A DNA stretch of 62,992 nucleotides, counting the filler, from Kipferlia bialata (Eukaryota), in NCBI GenBank assembly GCA_003568945.1. It is 4 parts of 4 records of this genome, joined end to end, with 100 filler letters (N's around TTAATTAATTAA, not from the genome) between each part and the next. Parts side by side here need not be neighbours in the genome. Positions count along the whole stretch, not along the records: positions 38,899 to 58,234 come from BDIP01000429.1; positions 58,335 to 62,992 come from BDIP01000491.1; 2 more parts are not named here. One strand, given 5' to 3'. Within the stretch, counting starts at the first letter, position 1; each line of letters begins with the position of its first letter. The notes beneath the pieces are model-generated. The model saw only the letters and a list, made by a program, of their open reading frames with translations. It made no database searches and had not been told where the DNA came from. Of the stretch, positions 47,494 to 61,007 are shown piece after piece. The translations under genes and the position numbers were made by a program.

Positions 47494-50077
47494 ATGCGCT
47501 TGTTCTCTCGTCCGAGGCGTCCATTCCAAGTGACGGTCAGAATCACCGCTGGATCCCCGTCAGAGGCCATATCGGTCGGGCAAGAGATTACATCAGATAT
47601 GACTGTAGGAGCGCTGCGCACACAACTAGGTCGGTACTATTTCTATATATATAGATAGTAACTGTTAACTATATATAATATAGTTATTATTATTAGTCAT
47701 TAAGGATTCATTTTAGGTCTGTGTCCAGAGCTTCGATGGTTTGAGTTTGGCAACAATAGTACAATATGTATCTCAGAGATTGACAGGAATGGGGCACTGA
47801 AGGGAAAGTTGGACCCTGTGAGTGAAGACTGGTTAATCTCGGACATGCGGCTTCTCACCAAGAAGCACCTCAAGAAGGGGACTCTCTTTCGTTTCCCAAG
47901 AGCAGTACTGTTGGTATCCACCAGGTTTAAGGAGGAGGTATGTGTAAGATATGGCTGAGGGTTTGTGTCTGGTGATTCTACTTTACTTAGGTAACCTTAC
48001 TCTCCCGTACCCTCAGCCCCAGTTTTCCACGCACTCCCCACCCATCCAGAGAAGTGTGAAGGTAATTACTTGTTCATATGTATATGATCACTGTAGTGAG
48101 TAGTAACAAGCTATTGTGCGATATACTTATAGCATTACATTATGAGAATCATAGCAGTGAGTGACAATGAGAACGGAGACCTCCTTGTGTTCTGTGTTAC
48201 CTGGTATTGCGTCGACCCATCTACATGTTGATACTAATGTCTATCTATATGTCAATGTGTGTATACTGATCCAGGAGCACTACTGGACCACCCTCCTCTA
48301 TGGCAGCCAAGACATGAGAGGGGTGTCTGAGGCCGTCAGGTGTGGCAGGGTCGACGTTACTGATCTGGACAAGTATCTATCACCCATCCTAGCCGCCCTC
48401 TTCTCCCCATGCTCCACCTGGACCCCAAAGAAGGATAACCCTCCTGGGATCAAGCTGCCTTCATCATTCATAACGTCATGTCCCGTCAAGGGAAGTACGC
48501 CTCTGTGTGAGATGCTGAATGCATACTTCCAGTTCCATGACACCCCAGTAGTCGGACTCCCCAGAGCTTCCCCAGTGGCCGTTACAGAGTCAGACAAGCT
48601 ATCTGACAATAGTGATGGCGAGATGACTCTGTGTCTGGATCTCCTGACGTGCTGGGGCCTTGGAGAGACTATACCTCTCTACAGTCGCCTCCGTGGCCTC
48701 ATGACTGCCAATGATGGTACCCCTGTCCCGTTCATCAAGAGTGCCCCTGGTCGGTACATCCCTCTACTTGGATTCAGGGTCAGTCCCCACGGTAGTGTAG
48801 ATCATGTAGAGTCCAGGCAAGATCGCCTCAAGGCCGCCTTTGCTTGCTTCACGTGGCAAAACGAGTGGTGCAGGCAGTTTGCAGAACGTACTGGTCAGTC
48901 GGCGAGGCTGATACCCTCCATAGTCTGTGTGAGTGTGTGTTCGATTGAGAACCAGAGAGGGGAGACAGCTGGAGTCGCTGGCTATGCAGATGCCTTTGCC
49001 CCTCCAGCCACCATATCCGGTGTCAAACCCAGGGGTTTGTCCGTGCAGTCTCGTGAGCTCGGTGATGTGGCTGGACCGCATGACCTGGCCCTTCTCTGCT
49101 GCAGCCTGGTGGAGCCTGCAGTACTACATCTTGTCGACGCGATAGGTGGTGGCGGCGGAGAGCTCCTCTTCAATGCAGCCACTCCTCTACCCATACCCGG
49201 ATTCAGCCACTGGGACTACAGGACAGACGGGCAAAGAGAGTGCCTATCGCAGAGTCAGGAACTGTTTGTCGGGGCAGTGTCCAGCCGGATCAGACCTAGA
49301 CCCTCTAGGAGTGTATCAGTGCCTCAGACTAAGTGGACGAGAGTAGTTGGACTGCGTTGCATCAATGCGGTTGATTTTGTGTGTGAGGCGGGTACTTGGC
49401 ATGGGACAGTTGGCAATGATTACGTTGCCAAGGTGTTTCGGGGGGACGCCTGTGAAGGTCACGTCTTCGACTACAATCTACGGCGGCGAGTGCTTGAGCC
49501 AGGTCTGGGTACCTGTATTACAGGTGATGGTGCCATCCTGCCTTGGGTGTGGATTCCTCAGTACCAGACCCTCATCACCCCATTCGCCCCCATTGCCCCG
49601 CCCACTTCTGCACATGCACTGCCCCTCGTCAATGCTGTCATCTCTCTGCATGGAAAGGATATTGTCCATGGCGACCTCCATATTGGCCTGTACCTTCCAG
49701 GTCCCTCTGTCAGGCTGTGTGACCTGGACTGTGCCTTCGACAGCAGAGAGCAGGACCATGGGGGTTTTGACCTCAAGGCACAGGGGGTATTCCCTCGCAG
49801 TGTGATATTCAGTGAGTATGAGGATCTGTCCAGAGAGTTTGTGACTAAGGATCTAGACATTCTGTGCTGCCTTGAGATTGTGCTGTACCTCATTCCCGAG
49901 TCTGATGCTGCTTGCCTGTGTGAGTATCTGTTTGGCACCCCAGACACTCTCTCTGTTCGTGATCAGTTCGTTGAGTATGGCACTCTCGACAACCTCCCGG
50001 GGAGGTACTCTGCCTCAGAGCTACTAACAGCGAGTAGAGACTGGCTTACGAGGCAGTATTATGTAGCAACGGACTGA
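47494..50077 (+). CDS. Crinkler(CR)-like protein: ubiquitin-like header on short exons plus a long exon ending in a divergent protein-kinase-like fold
   Basis: Header FQVTVRI...EITSDMTVGALRTQL. The long exon (about 48275-50077) has YVAKVF, LHGKDIVHGDLH, VRLCDLDCAF and KDLDILC. Confidence 0.6.
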
Positions 50078-50699
50078 GCTCCTCACTACGGTGGTGAGTC
50101 ACTACCACAAAGCACTGGCTTCGGAGACAGCAGTGTTAGAGACTGTTCCTTCTGCGTCGATGGCCTCCTATGAAGTACCTCTTCCTCAGAGCTGTCAGAG
50201 AGCAAGCACTGGATTGGGAGGCTGTAGTGCTGAGAGTATTCTGACTAAATTCTGACTGAATTCTGAGTCGTTGATGTCAGCATCTTTGTCTGTGATACAT
50301 ATGTTGTAAGTCTTCTTAAGAGCTGCTGTCAGAGGGCAGGGACTGCTTGCGTAGCAGAAGTACATATCGAAACAAGTCAGATTGTGACCAAGAGGATTGT
50401 GTGTTTAGTAAACACTGTTTACTGAAGGCTCTGTTCTGCCCTATCTACTAAATCCATAAATTCTTGGTATAAAGAGTAGTCTATAAATCTGTGACATCCT
50501 CATTTGGGCGAGTGGCATAATAGTAATACTAATGAAGACTTATGTTAGAGTTTCATAATGTAGTTGGGGTGATAGTACTTTCGGTACTGTTCTCAGTACG
50601 AGAAAAGGCTTGTATTCAACCAAGTGATTAGTATATATAATGTACCATATGTATGAATGTATATGTAATATGAGAAATGGAGAGGGCCGGAACCGAGAC

Positions 50700-52494
50700 T
50701 CTCAGGAGTAGCTGTGAGTATACAATTTGTGTCCAAATATACCTGCAATAGATTTCAAAAGAATCTTCTCGCCTTGCTGTGTGTTCTTAGAAACAGCTAT
50801 TCATTCTAGCACCAAGCCATACCCAGGTATCCCAACAAACATACGCTAACATAAATTCAATGAATTATATTCATCATGAGGTTCAAGGACGGTGTGAATT
50901 TCTATTTCATATGTGTGTATTACACCCATAAGAACTGTAACAACACAGATTCTCTATGTCAATCAGTCACCGGGCCTTCCTGTCGAATATCCTGGCCAGG
51001 TCAAGGACAATGGCTAGGGTCAGTACACATATATTACTCAACTACTAACCATACTACATATGTACACAAACGAGGGCTAGTGACAGTAGTAGTAATGATA
51101 TCTATACTCGTCATAGATGTATTTCATCACAGGTGTGTCAAGGACAATGGCTAGGGTTAGTGTATCCATCTATCTAATGCATATACATGTCACAGAGAGA
51201 GGGAGCGAGAGAGCCAAGGACATTTGCTAGCGATTGATATATCCTCTACTAATCACCAAAACATGCTCTTGGACTCTAGTTGATTATACGTTCTGACACC
51301 CCCCTTGGTAGGGCGATGTACCTCTATACCCAATCATTCTGCTTAGTATAGTATATATGTATATATGTATATGTGTGTATATACCTTCTGATACACCCCT
51401 TGGCAGTGCGAGGCCAGGGAACAGCTCTACGTACTGTCGACCTGAGAGTAAGGAGAGACATTACCAGAAGCCCTGTCGATATAGGGCAATTATAGAGACG
51501 AGAACCAGCCAGTGGTGAGATCAGTAACATATATATATACATACATATAGAGAGAGATGGCCATATATGTATAGAGTGGTGATGAGCAACCAGTATACAC
51601 ACCCCAGCAGTGATAAACAGCATATATCCATTCATTCTACTGCACTATTCACCAATATATATGTATATATATGTATATATATATGTATGCATATGCACAA
51701 AGTCGGTTTCCCGCGCAGTGTGCGTCACTCCTCAATAGGGGTGAGTGTATATATAGATTGTGAGTATACATTGTCAGAGGGGGAACACCTGATACAGTAA
51801 TATCAGATATATATCTAGTTCTATACCTGCGCAGTGTGCGTCACTCCTCAGTAGGGGTGAGTGTGGGGGCAGGAGCCTGCTATCCAGAGAGGGATAGTCA
51901 CTCTCACTCTCACTCTCTACACCCATATCACTCTCTTCCTTATCACTTTCACTCGCAGATACCACGTCAGCCGACTGGGGCTCTGCACCTCCTGTGGGTG
52001 ACACCACAGTATCTGCAACGGTATCACTCTCGTGACTCTCGGGGATAGCTAGCAAGGCACTATCACCATCACTCTCTCCCTCCCTATCTACACCCCTTCT
52101 CTCTCTCTCTCTCTCTCTCCCTCCCCCTATGTCGTCTATGGATGCACTGGGCAGAGACAGTGAGTGTGGGTTGACATGTCTACGGGGGGGCAGTCGCTCT
52201 GTGACATCTCTACCTACGTCCTGGGATCAGATTTCATAATACTATTATATGTATAATACTAATACTAATACTAATCATACTTATAATACTAATACATATA
52301 ATACTAATACATATAATACTAATAGTACTAATTAATGTATAATACTATTATATAGTATATATGCAAGGCATGTATATTCATTAATATAGGTATATATACT
52401 ATATATGTATATGGAGATATATATGAAAAGAGTAAAATCTATGATACATATACATCATTCATACCTGATCTCCCTCTGCATCTCTGTCTAGAGG

Positions 52495-52536
<42 letters not shown>

Positions 52537-55500
52537 CATGGACATACATACCATAAATATTGTATACACATATACAATGTATATACCTGATCCCCCTCTG
52601 CATCTATGTCCAGAGGTGTCAGGGCATGTCGACGGGTGGGGTCATAACCTACGATAAGACAGTCTACTATGTCGAGATAAGTCTCAATATTGGTACAAGT
52701 GTAAACTTCAGCATAAACCCATCATGCATCATGTTTTCCATACCTTTAGACTCTGAGTATGCCTGCATCTTGTGTGTACCATTAATATAGTATATATTTA
52801 CATATATATATATATAATATCGAAGGTTTAATAGTATACAATACATTATTGATAATAGTACATTATTATAGTATACAGTATATGTATACCTTTAGACTCT
52901 GAGTATGCCTGCATCTTGTCCGTGAACAGGGCACATACATATATGTATATGTATAGTAAATTAATGTATATATATTCATTATAGTACATATAGATATATG
53001 TATCAATAGTATACATGTACCTTTTGACTCAGAGTATGCCTGCATCTTGTCTGTGAACATGGCATCAAACTGAGAGCCTGATGGTAAGAGAAATACCAGA
53101 GAAATAGAAGAGAAGAGGATTGTACAATAGACATTAATATACCAACATTATTAGGAATTACGGTATCAAACTGGGAGCCTGGGGTAAGAGACTGAGAGAA
53201 AAATACAACCACAGAGACGTGGATGCTAGGGAGAGAGTCTGAGGGGAAGAGAAATAGAATAAGAGTACAATAATGATAGAAATGGAAGAGGTGTCATCAA
53301 AGTGGATATCTAGACAAGCACTGTCAATACCTGACCCTGGTAGCACAGCACATGCCGACACAAACACAGAGGCACACAGGAGATTGCTGGGGTTATATTA
53401 CAAATATTGATGTGGGTATATATGAAGAGAGAGTATATATATAGTATAAATTCATATATATGTGTGTGTATACATATACAAACACAGATGCACAGGGGAG
53501 GTTGCTGGTATCTATAGATATAGAAGTACGATACTATATACATACTACTAGTAGCACACATACTATACTGCATTAACATAGTTCATATACCTCGTTCTAC
53601 TCAGGCCACTGAGTGCTGCATGTGCACTTGTGGGTGGTGCAATACTCTCTCTCTCTCTCTCTCTATAAGTGCAGTCCATTCATGTATATAGTATGTACAC
53701 CTTGTGCGACTCAGACCACTGAGTGCTGCATGTGCACTTGTGGGTAGTATATGCATATATACATATATATATATACATATATGAGTAACATGTATATATA
53801 CACACAACACACCTAGTTCTGCTGAGGCCACTGAGTGCTGCATGTGCACTTGTGGGCAGCAACAGGGGGACAGCACAGAAACCAAGGGCTGGGACCTAGA
53901 GAGTCAGAGAGAGTGACCACGAGAGAGAGAGAGAGAGAGGGAGGGAGAGAGAGAGAGAAGTAACAGGGGGACAGCACAGAAGCCAAGGGCTGGGACCTAG
54001 GGTAACTAATGGACATCTTCTAAGTATTCACATAAAATACATAGAAAGAGAGAGACTACATATCCTACCACACCACACTATATACTACTCAGCACATGTT
54101 CGCAAAATCAGCAAAGTTTATATGTATTCTGTATATATATGTAGAGAGAGAGAGACAGGGACATGGAGCACATGTTCGCACATTCACTTAATAGATTGAA
54201 GTGAATACACATCTTTCTGAAGCTTCCTGTGACTGATGAGTCTGAGGCATATGTTACTATGTGTACAATACATACATACACATGTGTCTTTATGCATATA
54301 TATATACTTTCCTAAATGACCCCACTACTGTGACATATGCTACTCTACACACACATATATATATTTCGTATACCTTTCTGAATGACCCCACCGCTGTGAC
54401 CGATGAGTCCGAGGCATGCATATACACTATAATTTCGTATATATATATACATATATGCTACCCTACCTTCCTAAATGACCCGACTGCTGTGACCGATGAG
54501 TCTGAAACAGAGATACACACTATATATACTATATATATACATATATGCTACCCTACCTTTCTGAAGCTCCCCACTGCTGTGACCGATGAGTCTGAGGCAG
54601 ACAGCATCACCTTGGCTGGGGGGTGAGGGAGGCAATGAATATCTATATATGCATATATGTGTGTATGACTGTATATACACATATATATGTGGCTCAGGCA
54701 GACAGCATCACCTNNNNNNNNNNNNNNNTATACACATATATATGTGGCTCAGGCAGACAGCATCACCTTGGCTGGGGGGTGAGGGAGGTGGGTATGGTGG
54801 TATAATGCAATAGTATTTATACATAATTAGTAGAGGAATCTATCTATGTATAGTCCGAGGCAGACAGCATCACCTTGGCTGATGGGTGATAGAGGTGGGT
54901 GGAATATATAGAGAGTGGTAGTGTATATACATGAAGTGTGGGTTTGTGTCAATATACTGTCGGAGACAGCCACCTTGGCTGATGGGTGAGAGACGAAAGA
55001 GACCCACACACTTATGTGATGCGACTAAAACTATCAAAGTAGACCTTGATTTATATACATGATAACATGAGAGACTTCTAGACTTCATACCCAGCATGTT
55101 TTCGGGTCTCTTGTGCTACTAGTATACCCATATACATACTCCAATGGTACTAGTATGCCTCATACAATACATAGTCTCTATACCTAACATGTTCTCGGGT
55201 TTCTTGTGCAGAAGTGTCCCAAACACCCTGGAAGGGTGAGTGTATTGTTCCATGTGCATGAGAATAGTGCAGATGTATGAATATTGCATAGGACTTTTGT
55301 CCAGCAGTGTCCCAAACACCCTGGAAGTGAGAGGAACACAAGAATAATCAGGAGCGTAGGATTATTGAGACAGATATTGTAGTTGTATGTTGCCCCAAGG
55401 CCGCTTGTTCCTCCCGCTGGCGAGGCAGTCTATGCAGTTAAGTATGTATCAAAAGTACATACCTCTGCATTGGGCACTTGTACTCTTTATATACACACAC

Positions 55501-56600
55501 GCACTGTCCATATATACACAACTTCTATCAATACACTTGTGCCTATAGAATGTATATACTATGGTACACCTCTGCATTGGGCTCTGTTAATACCTATATA
55601 ATACCTATTTCTATATATATGCATGTTTTTATCTATATATATATATACAATGTCACTCCCTATACCTCTGCATTGGGCTCTGTGTGCACTTGTACACACA
55701 CTGTTCATCAAGGGCAGCCAGTAAGGATCCGGCGACTACGGTCAGATACAATACATGTAGAGCATGATATTGTATACTTATATATACACTATATAAGTAT
55801 ACACTGCTCATCAAGGGCAGCCAGAAGGGAACCCGCGACTATTGTCAGAATGACTGCGACTATAGATAGGGGGATCTATACATACTATACATACCTGTGA
55901 GGGTGGACATGTCATACAGCTAACCCCATATACACACTATACACATATACACACATATACATCCATATTCCACATGTACATCCCATATCAGTGTACACAC
56001 ATACCTGTCAAAGTGAACACCAAATAGGTCAACACCAGCGCCATGCCATATAGTAACATCATGCACCACAGCTGAGACCCATTGGGGATCTGACAGTTAG
56101 GATGACACAATGAGAATGAGTCTATCTGTAGCATGTGTATATGTATTGATATATACATGAGTAGATAGAGAGTGTTAGCAGCATGCACCAGAGCTGAGAG
56201 CCATTGGGTGACTGCGAGTTAGCATACTTATATATTGACGGAGCAGAGAATCAAGTGTCATCACTATATCTAGAGCTATGGGATGAAGAGATCACACGTA
56301 TATATAAAGACACACTCACCACCACGCTGAATGAGAGTATCTCCAGGGCACAGATGACACCGAGGGATCGGAGGAAACGCCTTCGCCTTGGTATTAGATT
56401 GGTATTAGAATAGGAAGCAGAAAAGGAATAGACTGTTTGACATATTGGCAATTATACGAATGACATCAAGCATTGAAGAGAGAGAGGGGGGGGGGGGGGG
56501 GATCGGAGGAAATGACACCTCTCAGGGTCAGAGAAACTACAAGACAAATCAGAGAGAGAAAGATCACGAGATAGAGACGAATATGACGCTTCTCTCCCAG

Positions 56601-56633
<33 letters not shown>

Positions 56634-57146
56634 CTATATCTATCTATCTATATATATATATAAAAATACATATGTCATAATGTCTATACCTCACATGCTG
56701 TACTGTCACCACTGGCCCTCTGTGGCATGATGTGAAGGAGATATCAAGGCGGGGACACAAGTCTTTGGCCTGGTGTAAGGGTGAAACACCATATATATAT
56801 AATGAAAAACATGTATAAGGGATATGTGAAGGAGATGTCAAGACGGGGACAGAGATCCTTGGCCTAAGAGTGAGATAAGTATGAATATGTATTCAGTGAG
56901 ATAGTATGAATATGTATTGTGTATATTGTATATAGTGGGATCAATATATGTGTGGCATGATGTGAAGGAGATATCAAGACGGGGGACACAAGTCTCTGGC
57001 CTAAAGGTGGAAAAGAGAATACAAAATCCAGAAAACATAGTGAACACAATGAAACATGCATAGGGCACGATAGAGAGAGAAGGGGGATATTAGAGAGACC
57101 AGAGAACAGAGAGTGAACACTGGGGAGAATTACTAGAGGCTGAGTG

Positions 57147-57183
<37 letters not shown>

Positions 57184-57310
57184 TGAGGAGGAGAGAGATA
57201 GGACAAGGACCCAACCAGTCTTAGATCAGCAGAGAGGGAGAGAGAGAAAGTCCAGTACTACAAACACACCTTCTCTGCAGCCTGTTCTGCCAGCGACAAC
57301 CGCCACATAG
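50700..57310 (-). CDS. Highly fragmented multi-exon membrane-associated protein of unknown function; both ends uncertain
   Basis: Exons RRRFLRSLGVICALEILSFSV, IPNGSQLWCMMLLYGMALVLTYLVFTLT, VAGSLLAALDEQC, VFGTLLHKKPENML, AKVMLSASDSSVTAVGSFRK, VPALGFCAVPLLLP, and an acidic exon at 51828-52220. Frames are supported by synonymous differences in the echo copies. Confidence 0.6.
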
Positions 57311-57689
57311 TCTCTCTTTCTCTCTCTACCTCTCTACCTCTCCCGGTCTCCCAGTCTCTCCCACCAACCCTTCAGAGCTCACTTTCCGGCTCTCTCGTGC
57401 TCGCAACTGGTCTTTTGCTAGTCTATCTTCCTCCCTTATTACAGTAACCCCACTCTCTCTCTCTCCCTCGCTCTGACACACCAAATGGAAGTGACTGTAG
57501 AGAGAGAGACGATTTATTGGAGTGACCCTGACTGTAAAGGATTACTCTCTTGGGCTACACCCTTTTGTCACCAACTCGGTCAGTGAACAAAAATATCGGG
57601 ACGCACGATGGTCCTTGCTCTACAGTATAGAGACCAGCCTACTGTACATACCCCACCCTCCCTCCTTCCAAGACAACCCAGGTTGAGAT

Positions 57690-57927
57690 ATGTCGAAGGA
57701 GAGCAGCCCCTCTGAGTGTCTGTCACCTGCACAAGGTAGCCACTACACCATATCTAGCATCAAGGCCAGAAGGTCCAAGGGAGTGTTGTGTTGGGTACTC
57801 ATACACATTTGTGCTACTCTAGTTTGTATCATAGCGTGTGTGGTAGCTTTGTGGTCCATCGGTAGTGTTGGTTGGGAGAACGACGGGGGGAGAGGGAGAG
57901 AAGGGGTTGTGTATGTGGCAGAGACCG
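57690..57927 (+). CDS. 5' exon of a TM-anchored protein, truncated by contig end
   Basis: MSKESSP...GVLCWVLIHICATLVCIIACVVALWSIG..., donor g|gtgagt at about 57928, followed by a pyrimidine/poly-C intron. Confidence 0.5.
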
Positions 57928-58190
57928 GTGAGTCTATACACATATATATACAGTACCCAATGCGTGTGTTTGTATGATAGATAGAGTCCCTGGACAGTGT
58001 TAGATTGTAGTTATTCATCTCCCTCCCCTCTCTCTTGGCATAATGATGTATTGTGGTAGTGACACCGATCTTCTTCCCCCCCCCCCCTCTCTCTCTCAAG
58101 TCTCACATCTACCCCTTCCTGTGTACTGCCTTCCCAACAGCATTATCTAAATGTGTATCTTTATACCATCTCCAGAGAGTCTGTTCTTCT

Positions 58191-58234
<44 letters not shown>

Positions 58235-58334
58235 NNNNNNNNNNNNNNNNNNNNNNNNNNNNNNNNNNNNNNNNNNNNTTAATTAATTAANNNNNNNNNN
58301 NNNNNNNNNNNNNNNNNNNNNNNNNNNNNNNNNN
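58235..58334. other. Artificial contig spacer
   Basis: 44 N + TTAATTAATTAA (58279-58290) + 44 N. Confidence 0.98.
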
Positions 58335-58653
58335 AATTTTTTGTTCCCCTTCTCCCCCCCCCCCCCCCCCCCCTCTCTCCCCACATCCCCCACTTCATAA
58401 TTATCGTCGTACAATGTATCAAGTGGCCGTGAGTATCAACTTCCCCCCCCCCCCCCCGACCTTGCCTACAACACATAACATACACCCTACAAGCACACAT
58501 ATAATAACTATCCACATCTGATACCAACAGGGAATTCAGCATCTCCATATACATACTCATACACGTGAACAAACAGACCATACACATACATGCACATATG
58601 TATGTATCCATATCCATATCTATATGTATATCAATGCACATATATAGCTATAC

Positions 58654-59059
58654 CTGTGACATCCTCAGAGTGTCCACATGAGGCACAGTCCATGATCAGG
58701 GCACGGGGCTTCTCCTCGGGCTGTCCACGGAAGTGGGTCTCGGGGTTGTTGCACTTGTGGCACAGCACAAAGGTCAGGATGTACTGCTTCAGGTGGGTGT
58801 TCAGGTCAAGGAAGGTGGGGGATCCGTTGAAGGTGGCGAATCCACTGCTCTCCTCATACACAGAACGGGCTCCAAGAGACTTTCCGAAGTACTTGGTGAG
58901 TACGTGGGGGTCACGGCCAAGGGCAGCAGCAAGAGCCCTCATGTTGTCGATAACGGCCTTGATACCGTTACCCCTACCAACAGACCTGACCTCGATCTCA
59001 GGCATCTTGTAACGGTAGGCGGCATCGTCCGAGAAGTTGATGTTGATCTCCTTCACCAT
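58654..59059 (-). CDS. EIF5: Translation initiation factor eIF5, N-terminal (GAP/zinc-ribbon) exon; remainder lost at contig start
   Basis: DAAYRYKMPEI..VGRGNGIKAVIDNM..A.ALGRDP..KYFG..LGA and C4 ribbon FVLCHKCNNPET...DCASCG. Donor at 58653. Confidence 0.93.
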
Positions 59060-59660
59060 CTCCTAGGGTGAGAAGAAGACCCAATGGGCTATAACATGAC
59101 CTATAACCACACAAATGAAGGCAATGCGAGATATGGATCAAAATACAGCCCTCACAGCCCTCAGAAACACACATTGAGCATAACTACTATGCTAGAACAC
59201 AATATATACGTCTCAAGCAGCAGTACCTAGTCTATACAGGTGAACTGGGCAGACGAAGGGAGGATGCGCTACCTGGGCCTCTATCCGACAATCCTCCGAC
59301 TATCCGTTTCGGAGAGTTTGGGTCTGGATTTTGTGACTCTTTGTGTATAAATGCCAGCCCCCCACTCTGGATGACACTCATATACTGTACAATAAATATG
59401 ATATGTTGTGTCTACTACCACCAGCAGCCACCTCACTATCTCTTGACTCTATTCTTACACCCACCTATAGGGCTCCCGTACTACACCTCCATCCATCCCC
59501 AGGTCATAATAATGAAACTCCTCTCACTCTCAATCAATAGTCCCAGGAGTCCCTATAGTGCAGCTATACCACAACACAACTACGTCCACACCTACGTCTG
59601 CTTCCTCCACTTGCACAACAACATACAGTCACTAAGTCATACACACACACTCCTCACTCT

Positions 59661-59691
<31 letters not shown>

Positions 59692-59700
59692 CCTCTCTGT

Positions 59701-60972
59701 CTAGGGCTTGATCCTAGGCAGACCCAGGCCAAACTTGATGCCATACTGGGTGGAGGGCTGTGGTTAGACATATTCACACACACAACTATATAGAGGGACA
59801 ATGAGTACTAGAAGAGTACCAACAAACGGCCTCTAGCACTCTATATTGGTTGGATAATGATAGCACCATACCTGGTTGCCCTGTGACATATATGAACAAG
59901 AACATATGGCATCAATATGCAGCATATATGGTATACCTGGTTGCCCTGTGAGTCTCTGGTGTCCCTGGAGCCATAGGGCAGTCTGCTGCCAGCCTGGGGT
60001 TATAGATACACATATATACATATATACATACATATCATTACAAGATAGAGTACATAGGGTATTATATACACCTACATACTCAGATGCAGAGTTTTCATTT
60101 ACGGTGTAATATGCATACATACATATATATATATATATATATCAATACTCAGTATGTACCTGTGTCCGTGTCTGGCGCCTCGGGAAGCCTCTGTGGACAT
60201 GGTTGTTGGACCCACTCCTAAGGGTAAGATATATAATAATGAATATACTATATATATGTGTGTGTGTGTGTCAGCGTACCTTGCTCCGAATGGGATAGGT
60301 GGCACTGGCTTGCCCTTGCTGGGGTCCCTTCTCTCCCTGTCTCTCTCTCTCTCCCTATCTCTGTCACGGACACTGCTCCTAGGGGTCAATATGAATATGT
60401 ATATACATATACATACATACTAAACACTACCAATGGGATCAAGGGAGATAGATGGATAGGTAGTGGGTGAGAGAGGGACAATACATGTACATACCTGCTC
60501 TTGATCTGGCTCTCCCTGTCCCTTTCACGCATACTGCCCCTAGAAGTCAGAGAGAGAGAGCGAATAAGTTTCATTTGTAGCTAGGCACTTGGCCTCGCTC
60601 CATCCAAAAATTATGGGAGATGGAAGACTAGGGTGAGAGGTACATTATGTGATACGATACCTGCTCTTGATCTGGCTCTCTCTGTCTCTGTCACGGAGGC
60701 TGCCTCTGAAGGTGAGACATACTATCACATACAAGACGGAGAGTCATTGATAATGAAGGGTCAAACACAAAAGCAGCCTCAGAGAGACTATGAAAGATGT
60801 ATGCACATATGCTAAGAAAAGACACTAACCTGGACTTGATCTGACTCTCTCTCTCCCTCTCCCTTTCAGCCCTATCTCTCTCTCCACGCAGACTGCCTCT
60901 GGGGTCAAACACAGTGAATTGAGGGTCTAGAGAGAAAGAGGGAGAGGGAGAGACAGCGAGTAGGAGAAGGAA

Positions 60973-61007
<35 letters not shown>

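Noticed and set aside
19359..58334. TTAATTAATTAA motif recurring about every 19.4 kb, and apparent gene neighbourhoods across it
   Set aside because: Artificial 100-nt stop-codon spacer. The contigs are simply ordered by length (19358, 19340, 19336), so there is no biological periodicity or linkage across the joins.
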